NCBI RefSeq assembly: GCF_001194135.2
Contig: NC_068989.1
Location: forward strand, 2,907,761-2,971,760
DNA from: Octopus bimaculoides
Lineage: Eukaryota
Direction of reading: 5' to 3'
Length of the DNA stretch: 64,000 bases
How positions within the stretch are numbered: the first letter of the stretch is position 1; each line of letters opens with the position of its first letter. This document shows, piece after piece, positions 26,804 through 37,560 of this stretch. A model generated the notes under the pieces. That model made no database searches. It was not told where the DNA came from and was given only the letters and a program-made list of their open reading frames with translations. The translations under genes and the position numbers were made by a program.

Positions 26804-27110
26804 CCATTTTTTTCTACTCTAGGCACAAAGCCCCAAATTTTTGGTGAGGGGGCCAGTTGATTAGATCGACCCCAGTAAGCAACTCGTACTTAATTTATCG
26901 ACCCCAAAAGGATGAAAGGCAAAGTCGACCTCAGTGGAATTTGGTAGGTCAGTTACATCAATCCCAGTGCTCAACTGGTATTGGCCTCGAAAGAATGAAA
27001 GACAAAGTCACCCCCAGTGGAATTTGAACTCAGAACATGAAGACGGATGAAATGCCACTAAGCATTTTGTCTGGCATGCTAACGATTCTGCCAGCTCGCT
27101 GCCTTGGAAG
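26590..27110 (-). mobile_element. Cluster of three family-A SINE copies or fragments separated by (AAT)n
   Basis: Repeated GGATGAAAGGCAAAGTC...GGAATTTGAACTCAGAA blocks; the last ends ATTCTGCCAGCTCGCTGCC. Confidence 0.75.
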
Positions 27111-27854
27111 ATCGGTAACTGTGTGTCACTTGTTTTCTATATATTGCACGCTGGAGTGAACTACTGCTATCTCTAGCGGACAAGTACTTTTACAAACAGT
27201 TACTCTACTATGAAAGTAAAAGATAAATGACTTTATATAAGTGAGACACACATGAAAGAATTATGATTAAGATGCTACTGTGAAGAGGAAGGAAAACAAA
27301 AATGAAGTCGGAGAAATATTTCTAGTGAAGATTTCCAAATCTTCCTTCTGCAAAGCTAATGTTTCTTTATCCCTATGTTAGAGAAAATTTTACAGAAAAT
27401 GGTTTAGTTGCAGGAAGGGAAAAAAAAAAATTAAAAAAAGAGGCGGGTCAGCTTACAACAATTTACCAAAGAAGTGTGTGTGTGTGTGTGTGTGTGTACA
27501 TATACTTCTGCAAACTTTTTAAGTAAACTGGTTGATCTACTTGAGAGATGTCAGCAAGCTAGATAAGTCAACATGAATAGGAGGAGTAGGAGGGGGAGGA
27601 AGAAGAAGAAGAAGAGGAGGAGGAGGAATATGAATCTAGATATGTTTTAAGAAGAGAGGGAGAGATAAGTGGAGAAATCGTAGAAAAGTAAATATTGGTT
27701 TGTATACAAACATATACACCCGTATGCACACATTCACATATACACACATAAATAAATAAATAAATAAATAAATATATATATGCACACACATATACACAAT
27801 ACCTTTATGTACATATAAAATGCACACACACACACATATGTAATATATGCTATG

Positions 27855-27890
<36 letters not shown>

Positions 27891-28162
27891 TATACACACT
27901 CATATATTATATATATGTATACACAGATGCAAATGTATGCTTACAACTGAATAAAGGGGCACACAATAGAATTTATGTACATTTGCATACACCACCAACC
28001 ACACACACATATTTACTTCACTGATAACAAGTACTTTGAAACAATAAAAGAAGTTCTTATGTTGCAGAGAATTCCTGAGAATCCTTGACCGATATTTAGT
28101 AAGGACTTTAGATTGTAAACTGTTTCTTAATGGAACGACAACAGGGTGACTACTGGATTAGA

Positions 28163-28199
<37 letters not shown>

Positions 28200-28718
28200 G
28201 GTGGTGGTGGTAGTGGTGGTAGAAGTAGTGGTGGTGGTAGTGGGTTACTGTAGTTGTGTTGCTGGAGGTAGTATTACTTAGGGGAAGAGTTTCCATTTGT
28301 GCTTTATAGCCTGGGGGGACTGTCATGCTCGAAGCAGTGTGGGGGGTGTATTACACCATGCCAGAGTTAGTGGCATGGTGTAATAACGATAGTGGTGGGG
28401 GTGGCGGTGATGGTGGTGCTGCTGTGCAGGGGTGTGTGATGGTTAATAGCAACATGGGTTGTTATTACTGCTGTTGTTGTGCTGCAGTTCATCTCTGAAA
28501 GTGATGATCTGGAAACCTATAATCAGAGACATTCCAACCGCGACCATCCTGTCTTGGTCTCAGGCATAGTGTATCAAGGACTCCATTTGTGAATGTTGGC
28601 GTTTGTGGTGCCGGGAGGGAATCTAGTGTTGGTTGTAGTACTTCTTGCAGATGATTATGGTGGTAGTTAGACTATGAAATCTACAGGTAATAATTGATTC
28701 AACACAGAAGGGAAGGTG

Positions 28719-28841
<123 letters not shown>

Positions 28842-29576
28842 ATGGCAAAGGAGAAAAAAATAGATAGACAGATAGACAGAGAGGGAGAGAAAGCTGGGGA
28901 TGGAAGGGGGGTTGAAGAAAGCCGTCAATATTGAAAATGTGTTCTAATTTGAAATGGTTAAAACCCAAGGGGGTTGTGTGTAGAATAAATGGGTTAAGGT
29001 ACCTGTGGTTTAGAGATTATTTCTGGTCGGCTCAGTCAGTTGGATTTCAGCCTTGAATTGATTAATGGGGTGGGTCATCTCTCAAAATCATGTCATTCTT
29101 TTGTTTCTTTCTAATTTTGGCACAAGACCAAGTATTTGACTGGTACTTTAATTTATCAACCATGAAAGGATAAAAGGCAAAGTGTACCCTAGTGGGATTT
29201 GAACTCAGAATGTAAAGAGCCAGAAGAGATGCTATGTGCTAACAATTCAGCCATCTTCTCCTCCTCCGCATTATTTAACATCCATTCTCCATACTGGGAT
29301 GAGTTGGACAGTTTAATAGGTGCTGGGAAGCCAGAGACCTGAATCAAGCTCCAATTGTCCATATTTGGCATAGTTTCTAAGGCTGGATGCCCTTCCTAAT
29401 GCCAACCACTTTGTAGAATGTGGACTGGGTGTTTTTTATTTCTTATTTGGCACCAGCACACGTGCTTTTTACATAGCACTAGCAGTGGTGCTTTTTACGT
29501 GACACCAGCGAGGTCGCCTGCTAATTTGCAAGACAAAGACCTCTCAGCTGAGAGAGGGAGTGGAACCAATGGAATG

Positions 29577-29734
29577 ATTATTATTATTATTATTATAATT
29601 CAGGTCACTGCTTGGAATCGAACTCGGAATCTTGGGGTTAGTAGCCTGCGCTCTTAACCACTACGCCATATGCCCGTAGTGGTTAAGAGCGTGATTACTA
29701 ACCCCAAGATTCTGAGTTTGATTCCAAGCAGTGA

Positions 29735-29770
<36 letters not shown>

Positions 29771-29918
29771 CAACAACATCAAAAAATACCTTAGGAATGA
29801 GAACGCAGGTTCGAAAATTCCCCAAGACACCTGATGAGGGCTGGAGGGTATATCAGCCGAAACGTTGTGTTAACAACAAACAAGATGAGGACAAATATCC
29901 ATCAAATGTAAATAATGT
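29577..29918 (+). mobile_element. tRNA-headed SINE-like element with 5' inverted head duplication and hammerhead-bearing tail (copy 2, best preserved)
   Basis: Inverted head at ~29599-29675, forward head at ~29675-29740 (A-box remnant CGTAGTGG, B-box-like GAGTTTGATTCC; the inverted arm keeps GAGTTCGATTCC). An (AAT)n/(AAC)n spacer follows, then a tail shared with 12474-12718 and 9879-9955 ending ...AAATGTAAATAATGT. Confidence 0.85.
29826..29871 (+). ncRNA. Minimal type I hammerhead ribozyme motif (Penelope-type)
   Basis: GACAC (stem I) - CTGATGA - G - GGCTG/CAGCC (stem II, 10-nt loop) - GAAA - CG - TT (GUU cleavage triplet) - GTGTT (stem I partner). All core nucleotides are present. Stem III is reduced to the palindrome ACGU, as described for PLE-associated minimal hammerheads. 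Confidence 0.75.
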
Positions 29919-30024
29919 TCCAGCAATAATGTTTGCTAAATTTGTCCACGGAAGAACATGGATGACTGAATTACACCTTGTAATATTACTCGTACTCTTT
30001 ATCTAATCAAGTGAATGTCTATGT

Positions 30025-30226
30025 CAACGGTTCTCAACTGTCGATCCCTGAGCTGCACGTGGCCCTCAAACATCCTTCTGGCAGCCCCTGAGGGTCTTTC
30101 CTCAATAAATATAATAAATTTTTCTTTAATTGCCCTGCGTTTTATTTTCTTGTGGCGTGCACCCCCATCCTCCGAAAATCCAAGTTATGGATCTGGTCTG
30201 GATATCAGAAAGGTTGAGAACCACAG
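30025..30226. mobile_element. hAT (Charlie-like) MITE with 8-bp TSD
   Basis: TIRs CAACGGTTCTCAAC and GTTGAGAACCACAG. Flanks GTCTATGT and GTCTGTGT are 7/8 identical. Confidence 0.8.
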
Positions 30227-32631
30227 GTCTGTGTAGTTGCTCAACCTGCTGGAAATAGCAGCAATGTTCTCATCCCACTCTATCATCTTTGAAGAAGGCA
30301 TGTCGGATAAGCTCATCTTGGATTCTACGCACATAGGAATCCAAGGTCAAAGGTCGGAATGCTTTCGATCATCGGTCTGTTTTTATCAAGAATGACCTGA
30401 GGCTAAAGAATCCATTACTAAATTTGTAACAAGGCAGGTTTACCAGGGCTTGCAATAGAGTTTGTTAACCACCGCTGCAGCTGCTGTCACCACTGCTGTT
30501 GTTTCCGCTGCTGCCACCACCACCTCCTCCTCCCGAAAAGGGTCATGAACATTGCCCTTTGTCCACTAATTAAGCAATCAAAAAACTAAAATTGTCAGTT
30601 CCTCAGATTGCATGAAACATATTTTGCTATTCTTAACTCGAAGGATTGTCGCTTATTTCTGACACTAGAATGTCATCACTGAATGCTTTCCTGTCTTACG
30701 TAATGGGCCAAGTAAGAGTGGTGTAACCTATGGTTTACTGGACTTCCTGGCCACTGACTGCAGACAGTAAAACCACAGAGACAAGCTGAGGTGTCTGTAA
30801 AACACAACAGACCAGTGAAGGAATTGAAACTGGCCTCGCAGATTCCCAGCTCTGCCAAGAACCTACTGCCACATTACAGCACTTACCTTGCACTTTATAT
30901 ACCACAGAACCTCCCAGAACTAGACACCCGTATCTAAGCCTTGTCCAAGCCTAATTAGGTTAACTGTGGATAGAACCAGACAATACTAAAGTGACCCTCA
31001 CTCACTATGAGTCCATAAACACTTTCCACCTTACGAGAATGAAGGCCAACTCAGAATAACAAGACTACGATGTACAAAATTCATAATCGAGCATAACGTG
31101 TGTGTATTCCGAAACATAACATACATGTCTTATATATAGATTAAGAGATAAAAAGAAGAAGAAAATAGATCAGCAAATATAAAAGAGCAGGGAAGAAAAA
31201 GCAGGTGTTGCTTGTTGAATATTCTGCAGAATATCCTAACAGCTCAGACATCAGTGAAAGCACAAATAGTGCAGAGAAATAATAACTAGGAATGCACTAT
31301 GGACATTAGTTTAGTCTTTCTTTTGGAGGTGGGAGATGAGGGGGGGGTTAAGTGGTAGCAATCTGTTTTTATATTTCGGTTTTTCCATTCCTCTTTTTCT
31401 GCTGTTGTTGTCATTGTTATTGTAGTTGCTGTTATTGTTTGATAGATCTGGTGCATAAGCCTCACCGCGAATGAGGCGTGGGGGGGGAGGGGGGAAACTG
31501 AGAGTCAGCCGCAAAAATAGTTGGTATACAGAATGAAATGTACAAAGTAATATTAGTACTAATACTAATACTGTGCTATTTGTTATTACAAGGAATTGGC
31601 ATATTATCATCATCGTACAGAGCGTTCATTGTGTTTCTGTTCAAGAAATTTCAAGCTATTCACCACCGCCAACACCAGCACCACCGCCGCCGCCACCACC
31701 ACCACTACCACCACCAAGCCTAAGTAAAACTGGAAAACCATTCTATTGGTTATCATTAATGGACTTGTCATGTGTATATAAGTGTGTGTATATGCATAAA
31801 AACTCTGAGCAGTGATGAAAGAAAGCCTCAGTTTCAAAGATATATGTTATTCTTCAAGAACAAATTTATAGATAGTGACTTCGAAGTCTGATGATAGCTT
31901 AGCTGGCTGAAACTTTGAAGTCACTGTTTATAATATCCCTGTTTTGAGTTCAATATTTCCTGTTTGCATTGTCAAACAGATATGTATATCATCGTCATCA
32001 TCATCATCATCCAAAGTCAGTTGTCCATGTTGGCATGGGTTGGATGGTGCGACCAGAGCTGGCGGAAAGCTGGGCAGCTGCACCAGACTCCATCGTCTGT
32101 TGAGGCATGGTCTCTAATGCCAACCACTTTACAGAGTGTGCTAGGTGCTCTTATGTGGCACTGCAGAGGTGCTTTTACATGTTACCACATGGAGGCTTCT
32201 ATGTGGCACTGCACGGGCGCTTTTACATGGCACCACCACAACTGCTTTACACTACCAGAAGGATCAGTCATAACACTTCTGCTGCGGGGTACGGGTCTTC
32301 TTGAGAATGACCAGATGCCAGGTCTCTTGGTCCTTCGTCATCTTGCTTGAAAGGTTCAGCTTCCTGAAATTGTTCTTCAATACTCCATCCTCCCCCCCCC
32401 CTCCACACACACACAGTAGATTGGGTAACAATCCAAGCTGTGTCCCCTTGAAGTATATGTGTTTATTCCACTCCTCCTTACCTTGGGAAACAGATGAGGG
32501 TTGAAGACAGGGAGGGCATCTGGCCTTAGAAACTCTGCCTCGGCAAATTCGGTCCAACCCATGCAAGCATGTTAAAGTGGATTTTAAGTGATGGTGACAA
32601 CAATGACGATGATTCTTTTATTCTTTTATTT

Positions 32632-33005
32632 TCTTTTACTTGTTTCAGTCATTTAACTGCAGCCATGCTGGAGCACCGCCTTTAGTCGAATCAAATCGAC
32701 CCCGGGACTTATTCTTTGGAAGCCTAGTACTTATTCTATCGGTCTCTTTTTGCTGAACCTCTAAGTTACAGGGACCTAAACATACCAGCATCGGTTGTCA
32801 AGTGCTGTTGGGGGAACAAACAGATACACAACATATATATATACATATATACGACGGGCTTCTTTCAGTTTCCGTCTACCAAATCCACTCACAAGGCTTT
32901 GGTCAGCCCGAGGCTATAGTAGAAGACACTTGCCCAAGGTGCCACACAGTGGGACTGAACCCGGAACCATGTGGTAGGTAAGCAACCTACTTACCACACA
33001 GCCAC
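32632..33005 (-). mobile_element. tRNA-derived SINE family B (CORE-like CCTTGGGCAAGTG block), near full-length
   Basis: Minus strand GTGGCTGTGTGGTAAGTAGG...GGTTCCGGGTTCAGTCCCACTGTGTGGCACCTTGGGCAAGTGTC...CCAGCATGGCTGCAGTTAAATGACTGAAACAAG. Other copies: 60-290(+), 1880-2200(+), 11850-12070(-), 17655-17800(-), 25600-25762(-), 33405-33590(-), 34740-35080(-), 51714-51877(+), 55960-56045(+), 57810-58133(-), 60165-60480(+), 61880-62090(+). Confidence 0.85.
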
Positions 33006-33640
33006 TGGGACTGGATGAAAATTTAGGTGCTTTCCTTTTCTTGTTTGTAGACAAGAATCCTGAAGACACTATTATATCCTGTTTTCTTAAGCCAAATGAT
33101 TACTTTTATCAATGAGGAAATAAGGAAACCTTTCTTTTTTTTTTAATTCATAAATGTAAACAATTGTGTTTTCAAGAACTCAAAAAACACAGGACAGAAC
33201 ACATCAGACCAAAAGAGCCGTTGTTTATAGAGAATTATATTTTATTTAGTTTTCAGTGTTGCTCATTCAGTTTCCGTGTATGGCATAGAATTAACACTTC
33301 CCTAACAAATAATTATGTGACAGGGGTGGGTCGTGGAGGTGGGGGTGGAGCCAAGATATCTTGAACAACAAAGAGAGAGAGAGAGAGATTAAAGATAGAT
33401 ATTGTGTCTTTTACTTGTTTCAGTCATTAGACTGTGGCCATGCTGGGGCATCACCTTGAACAATTTTAGTCGAACAAATTGACCCTCAGTACATATTTTT
33501 ATTATTTTAAGCCTGATACTTATACTAGAGGCCACTTTTTAGGTTATGGGGACATAAACACACCAACACCGATTGTCAAGCAGTGGTGGGGGAAAAACAC
33601 ACGGAAGCGAGATGGCTGAGTTCCTTTTGAGCACTGGGGC

Positions 33641-33790
33641 CTCACATATTCCTTTCTCTCAGATTCACACACTTATTGCAGCGGTCGTTCAGTTTTTCCA
33701 AGCCCTGTAAAAGAACTCGGAAGGTTGGGCCACCAACCAGGCCTTCCGCGACACCCTTAAAGCCAGGAACTTTTCATCGCCCCCTCGGAT
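33641..33790 (-). mobile_element. Mariner internal-deletion derivative (TIR fused to transposase C-terminus)
   Basis: Minus strand begins at a mariner-like TIR, TATCCGAGGGGCGATGAAAAGTTCCTGGC, and runs directly into ...QGLEKLNDRCNKCVNLR(G)EYV, the usual mariner transposase end (GIxKLxxRWxKCVxxxGxYVE). Confidence 0.7.
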
Positions 33791-34059
33791 ATATGTGTGT
33801 TTACTTTTACACGTATACATTCTTATTTTGCTTTACCTCTTTCCACCCCACAACCCTTATATTCTTCAAACTTCTGTTCCTAGCATTACCATTATTAAAC
33901 ATTTAAAACGTTCTCTTTCCAACAGAGGGCACTTCACTCATAACATCAGTCTACTTATCTCCCAATGGCTTACAAACTTACCAGAATCTGCAAACTTAAA
34001 TAAACACTTAGTTTCTGATGATAACAATCACCAGTTACCATGGATACTGGTTTTCATTG

Positions 34060-34370
34060 TGTGTATGTGTGTGATCGTTGCCAGTGCCACCTGACTGGCT
34101 CCCGTGCCGATGGCATGTAAAAAGTACCATTCAAGCATGGTCAATGCCAGTACCACCTGACCGGCCCTTGCGCCAGTGGCACATAAAATGCACCCACTAC
34201 ACTCTTGGAGTGGTTGGCGTCAGGAAGAGCATCCAGCTGTAGAAACTTTGCCAGATCAGATTGGAGTGTGGTGCAGCCTTCTGGCTTGCCAGCCCTCAGT
34301 CAAACCGTCCAACCCATGCCAGCAAGGAAAGCAGACATTAAACGCCAATGATGATGATGATGATGATGTG
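34060..34370 (+). mobile_element. SINE family C / short RTE-type 3' repeat with (GAT)n tail
   Basis: GGAGTGGTTGGCGTCAGGAAGAGCATCCAGCTGTAGAAAC...AAACCGTCCAACCCATGCCAGC...(GAT)n. Other copies: 1225-1390(+), 29270-29560(-), 31985-32250(-), 37985-38220(+), 61600-61875(+), 63535-63690(-). Confidence 0.8.
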
Positions 34371-34639
34371 TATGTGTGTGTTTATGCATTTAATCATCAA
34401 ATGAAGATGTGATATTTTCCATTCTTGTTCATGTTGTTCTATACTTTGGCGTTTTTGAAACTCTACCAAGCGATATTTGGATTTGCATATCATACACAAG
34501 GAATTACCTTGGATGTTAATTCTATTTGAATTTATTGGTATCTGATTGTTTGATGTTGTTAACCAGTTCCACTTAACTACTGAGTGCTTTCTTAATATAT
34601 GCCTAGGTTTACTAATTCCTTTTATCTATTATACATATA

Positions 34640-34719
<80 letters not shown>

Positions 34720-35386
34720 CACACACACATATATATATGAAGACAGTTGCCCAGGGTGCTATGCAGTCAGATTGAACCCAATACCATGTGGTTGGGAAGC
34801 ATACTTCTTACCACACAGCCACACCAACACCTTCAACATAAATATTAAATAGAATTAGCAAGAGACAGTTTCAGATAAGTGACCAAACTTTTAAATTACA
34901 AGCACCATCCATCAAATGGGCTTCTGTATAGTTTCCACTTACCCAGTTTCACTTACAAGGTTTGGGTCAGCAGAAACTCTCACAAAAAAAATACACTTGC
35001 CTTTAAATACTCTGCAGCGGAACTGAACCCAGGTTCTCGTGGTTGCAAAACAAACTGCTTAACCACTCAGCTACATGTGTGTCCACCGAAAGCATTCTAT
35101 AAGAAGGGTGAATGGGAACATTAGTATGGTGCTGAGATTTAATGAAACTAATCAGACAATTGTGATATAAATGTCAGATTGAATGACATCTGAAGTGTAT
35201 ACTTTCTATTGGAGATGGGCTTGAGTTTCTTTGTTTTAGGGGTAGGTGACAAACGAACCCCAAACGCTGACCTCCCACCTGTCTCTCCAACGAGGAATAC
35301 TTAGGTCTAAGCTTTGACATTGGAGTAGTAGGACGGGTGGGGGATGGGGAGATACCTTGATACAGCAGTTCTTTTGTTCTTTGTTA

Positions 35387-35433
<47 letters not shown>

Positions 35434-35716
35434 TGCAGACAGTATATTGGTTCAACCCTTAATCAGAGCAAAACATTTAACCAAGCATGAAGAAAACAAA
35501 TCAAAAGGAAAACAAAAGGTAATGAAATGATGGTTACCACCACCACCACCACCACCACCACCATAATGAGAGTATTGTCTTTTTTTTTTCTTTAAGTAAA
35601 ACAGTGAAATGATATCAGCGATGGTAAGAACAACAAGGCCATTGTTATTGACTGGTCTCCTAATTTGCACAAGTGAGGTATACATGGATATACATATGTA
35701 TGTATGTATGTATGTA

Positions 35717-35753
<37 letters not shown>

Positions 35754-35919
35754 ATGTGTGTGTGTGTGTATGTGTGTGTAAGTACAAGTCAATTCTGATC
35801 CATTAGATTAATTTTTTTAAGTGTCAAAGTTGGTTTCTGTCGTTGTTGCTGGTTTCTGAAATTTTAAACTGAGGAATGACTGACACCCGGTCACCTCTGA
35901 CAAGGATGGTCCCTGTCCG

Positions 35920-36200
35920 ACATGACCAACAGGACTGCCTGCTCGTGAAATTTAATGAGGAAGGGGCTGAGTACTCCAGAGACACGTATGCCCTTAACAT
36001 AGTTCTCATGGAGATTCAGAGTGACACAGAATGTGACATGGCTGGCCCTTTGAAATCCAGGTAGAACTGGTTTTTGCCAGCTGAGTGGACTAGAGCAACA
36101 TGGAATTAAGTGTCTTGCTCAAGGACACAATGTACTGTTGAGTATTGAACCCAGGACCTTAAGATCATCAGCCAAATATGTTAACCACTAAGCCACAGGC
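35920..36200 (-). mobile_element. tRNA-derived SINE family E (GTGTCCTTGAGCAAGACACTT block)
   Basis: Minus strand TGTGGCTTAGTGGTTAAC...GGGTTCAATAC...GTGTCCTTGAGCAAGACACTT. Related copies at ~57560-57700(+) and 62555-62670(+). Confidence 0.7.
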
Positions 36201-37260
36201 CTTTACTAAACTGGGGCTTAGAGACCATGATGAAATTGTTGTCTCATTATCATAATTGTTTAACCCAAAGTTAGCCAGGATCAATGGCATTCCAGGCATG
36301 ACCATTCCATCTGAACCTTTTTTTCGGGCTTAAACTATCTTGGACTATTTTGGCACAAGGCCAGCAAGTTCAGGGTGTGAGGGTAAATCAATTTACATCA
36401 ACCCCCAGTACATGAGTGGTATTCATTTTACTGACCCTGAAAGGATCAAAGGCTAAGTCAACCCTGGTAGCATTTGAACCCAGCATGTAAGGTCAGAAGA
36501 AATACTGCTGAGCATTTTGCCTGGCATCATAATGATTCTGCCAGCTTGTTGCTTTATATCTTGGACTACATTACCAAATGTATGTCTCCTTCGTTTTTAA
36601 GAGAGTAAGAGGTTATTTTGAGGATGATTTAGTAGCTATTTCTAGCAAGTCGAATGGTAATGTAAAGGCTCTCTGACTGATTCGGTTTTGATTATTGGTG
36701 TTGCAAATGTTATTGAGAACTTTTTGTTTTTGCTGTTTAACCCCTGGTCAGAAGTGACTCAGCACATGTATGATCGATGGTATTCCAATGAACAGCTCTT
36801 TTTTTTTATTATTCAGTCACAGTATATCTAGGACTACATTATCCAATGTGAGAAGAACTCAAAGGCAAAATACATGTTTAAACCCTGCCTTACACTGTGT
36901 AATTCTTCTTGCTTTCATTTAATGTTTGAATTGTCAGAGTAAATAATAAATGCATCTATTTTATGTGTCTGCATGTTACTTGTACAGAAATATATTACAG
37001 TGTATTGACATTGAGGAAGACGAGGGAGGGATAAGAGCAGTGCCACAGGTTTTCCAATCAAAATTCCAATCATTCATATCTTTCAATAAATATGTAAACA
37101 CAAAAGACCTGACATTGTCATCAGAGATTGAAAACAAGAGGACCTATTCTGTTATGTGGAAGACTGAGATGTACATCTTGTGCAAAGTTAGCAAAAGAGG
37201 TGACTTTCATTTATCTGAAAACCTGCAATTTCTGTGGTAATAATCATTGGTTTCTGATAT

Positions 37261-37560
37261 ATAGGCACAAGGCCAGAAATCTTGGAAGAAGAATGGGTTA
37301 CAGCAACCTCAGAATCTGATATATGCACATGGCTATCATGGAGTAAAGAACAATTGGTTATAACAACCTCAGAACTTTACATGGGCACAAGGCCAGAAAT
37401 CTTGGAAGAACAGTGAGTTACAGCAATCTCAGAACCTGATATATGCACAAGGCCATCATGGAATAAAGAATAATTGGTTATAGCAGCCTCGGAACTTAAC
37501 ATGGGCACAAGGCCAGAAGTCTTGGAAGAAAGAACATTTGGCTTTAGCAACCTCAGAATC
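37261..37560. repeat. Tandem repeat: 120-bp unit (two diverged 60-bp monomers) x2.5
   Basis: Units start at 37261, 37381 and 37501 (xxGGCACAAGGCCAGAAxTCTTGGAAGAA). Alternate 60-mers start ATATGCACA. All five monomers carry A.CA.(C/T)CTC.GAA near their 3' end. Confidence 0.85.

Noticed and set aside
37261-37560. CRISPR-like array
   Set aside because: Eukaryotic context, whole units are repeated with no unique spacers, and there are no cas genes.
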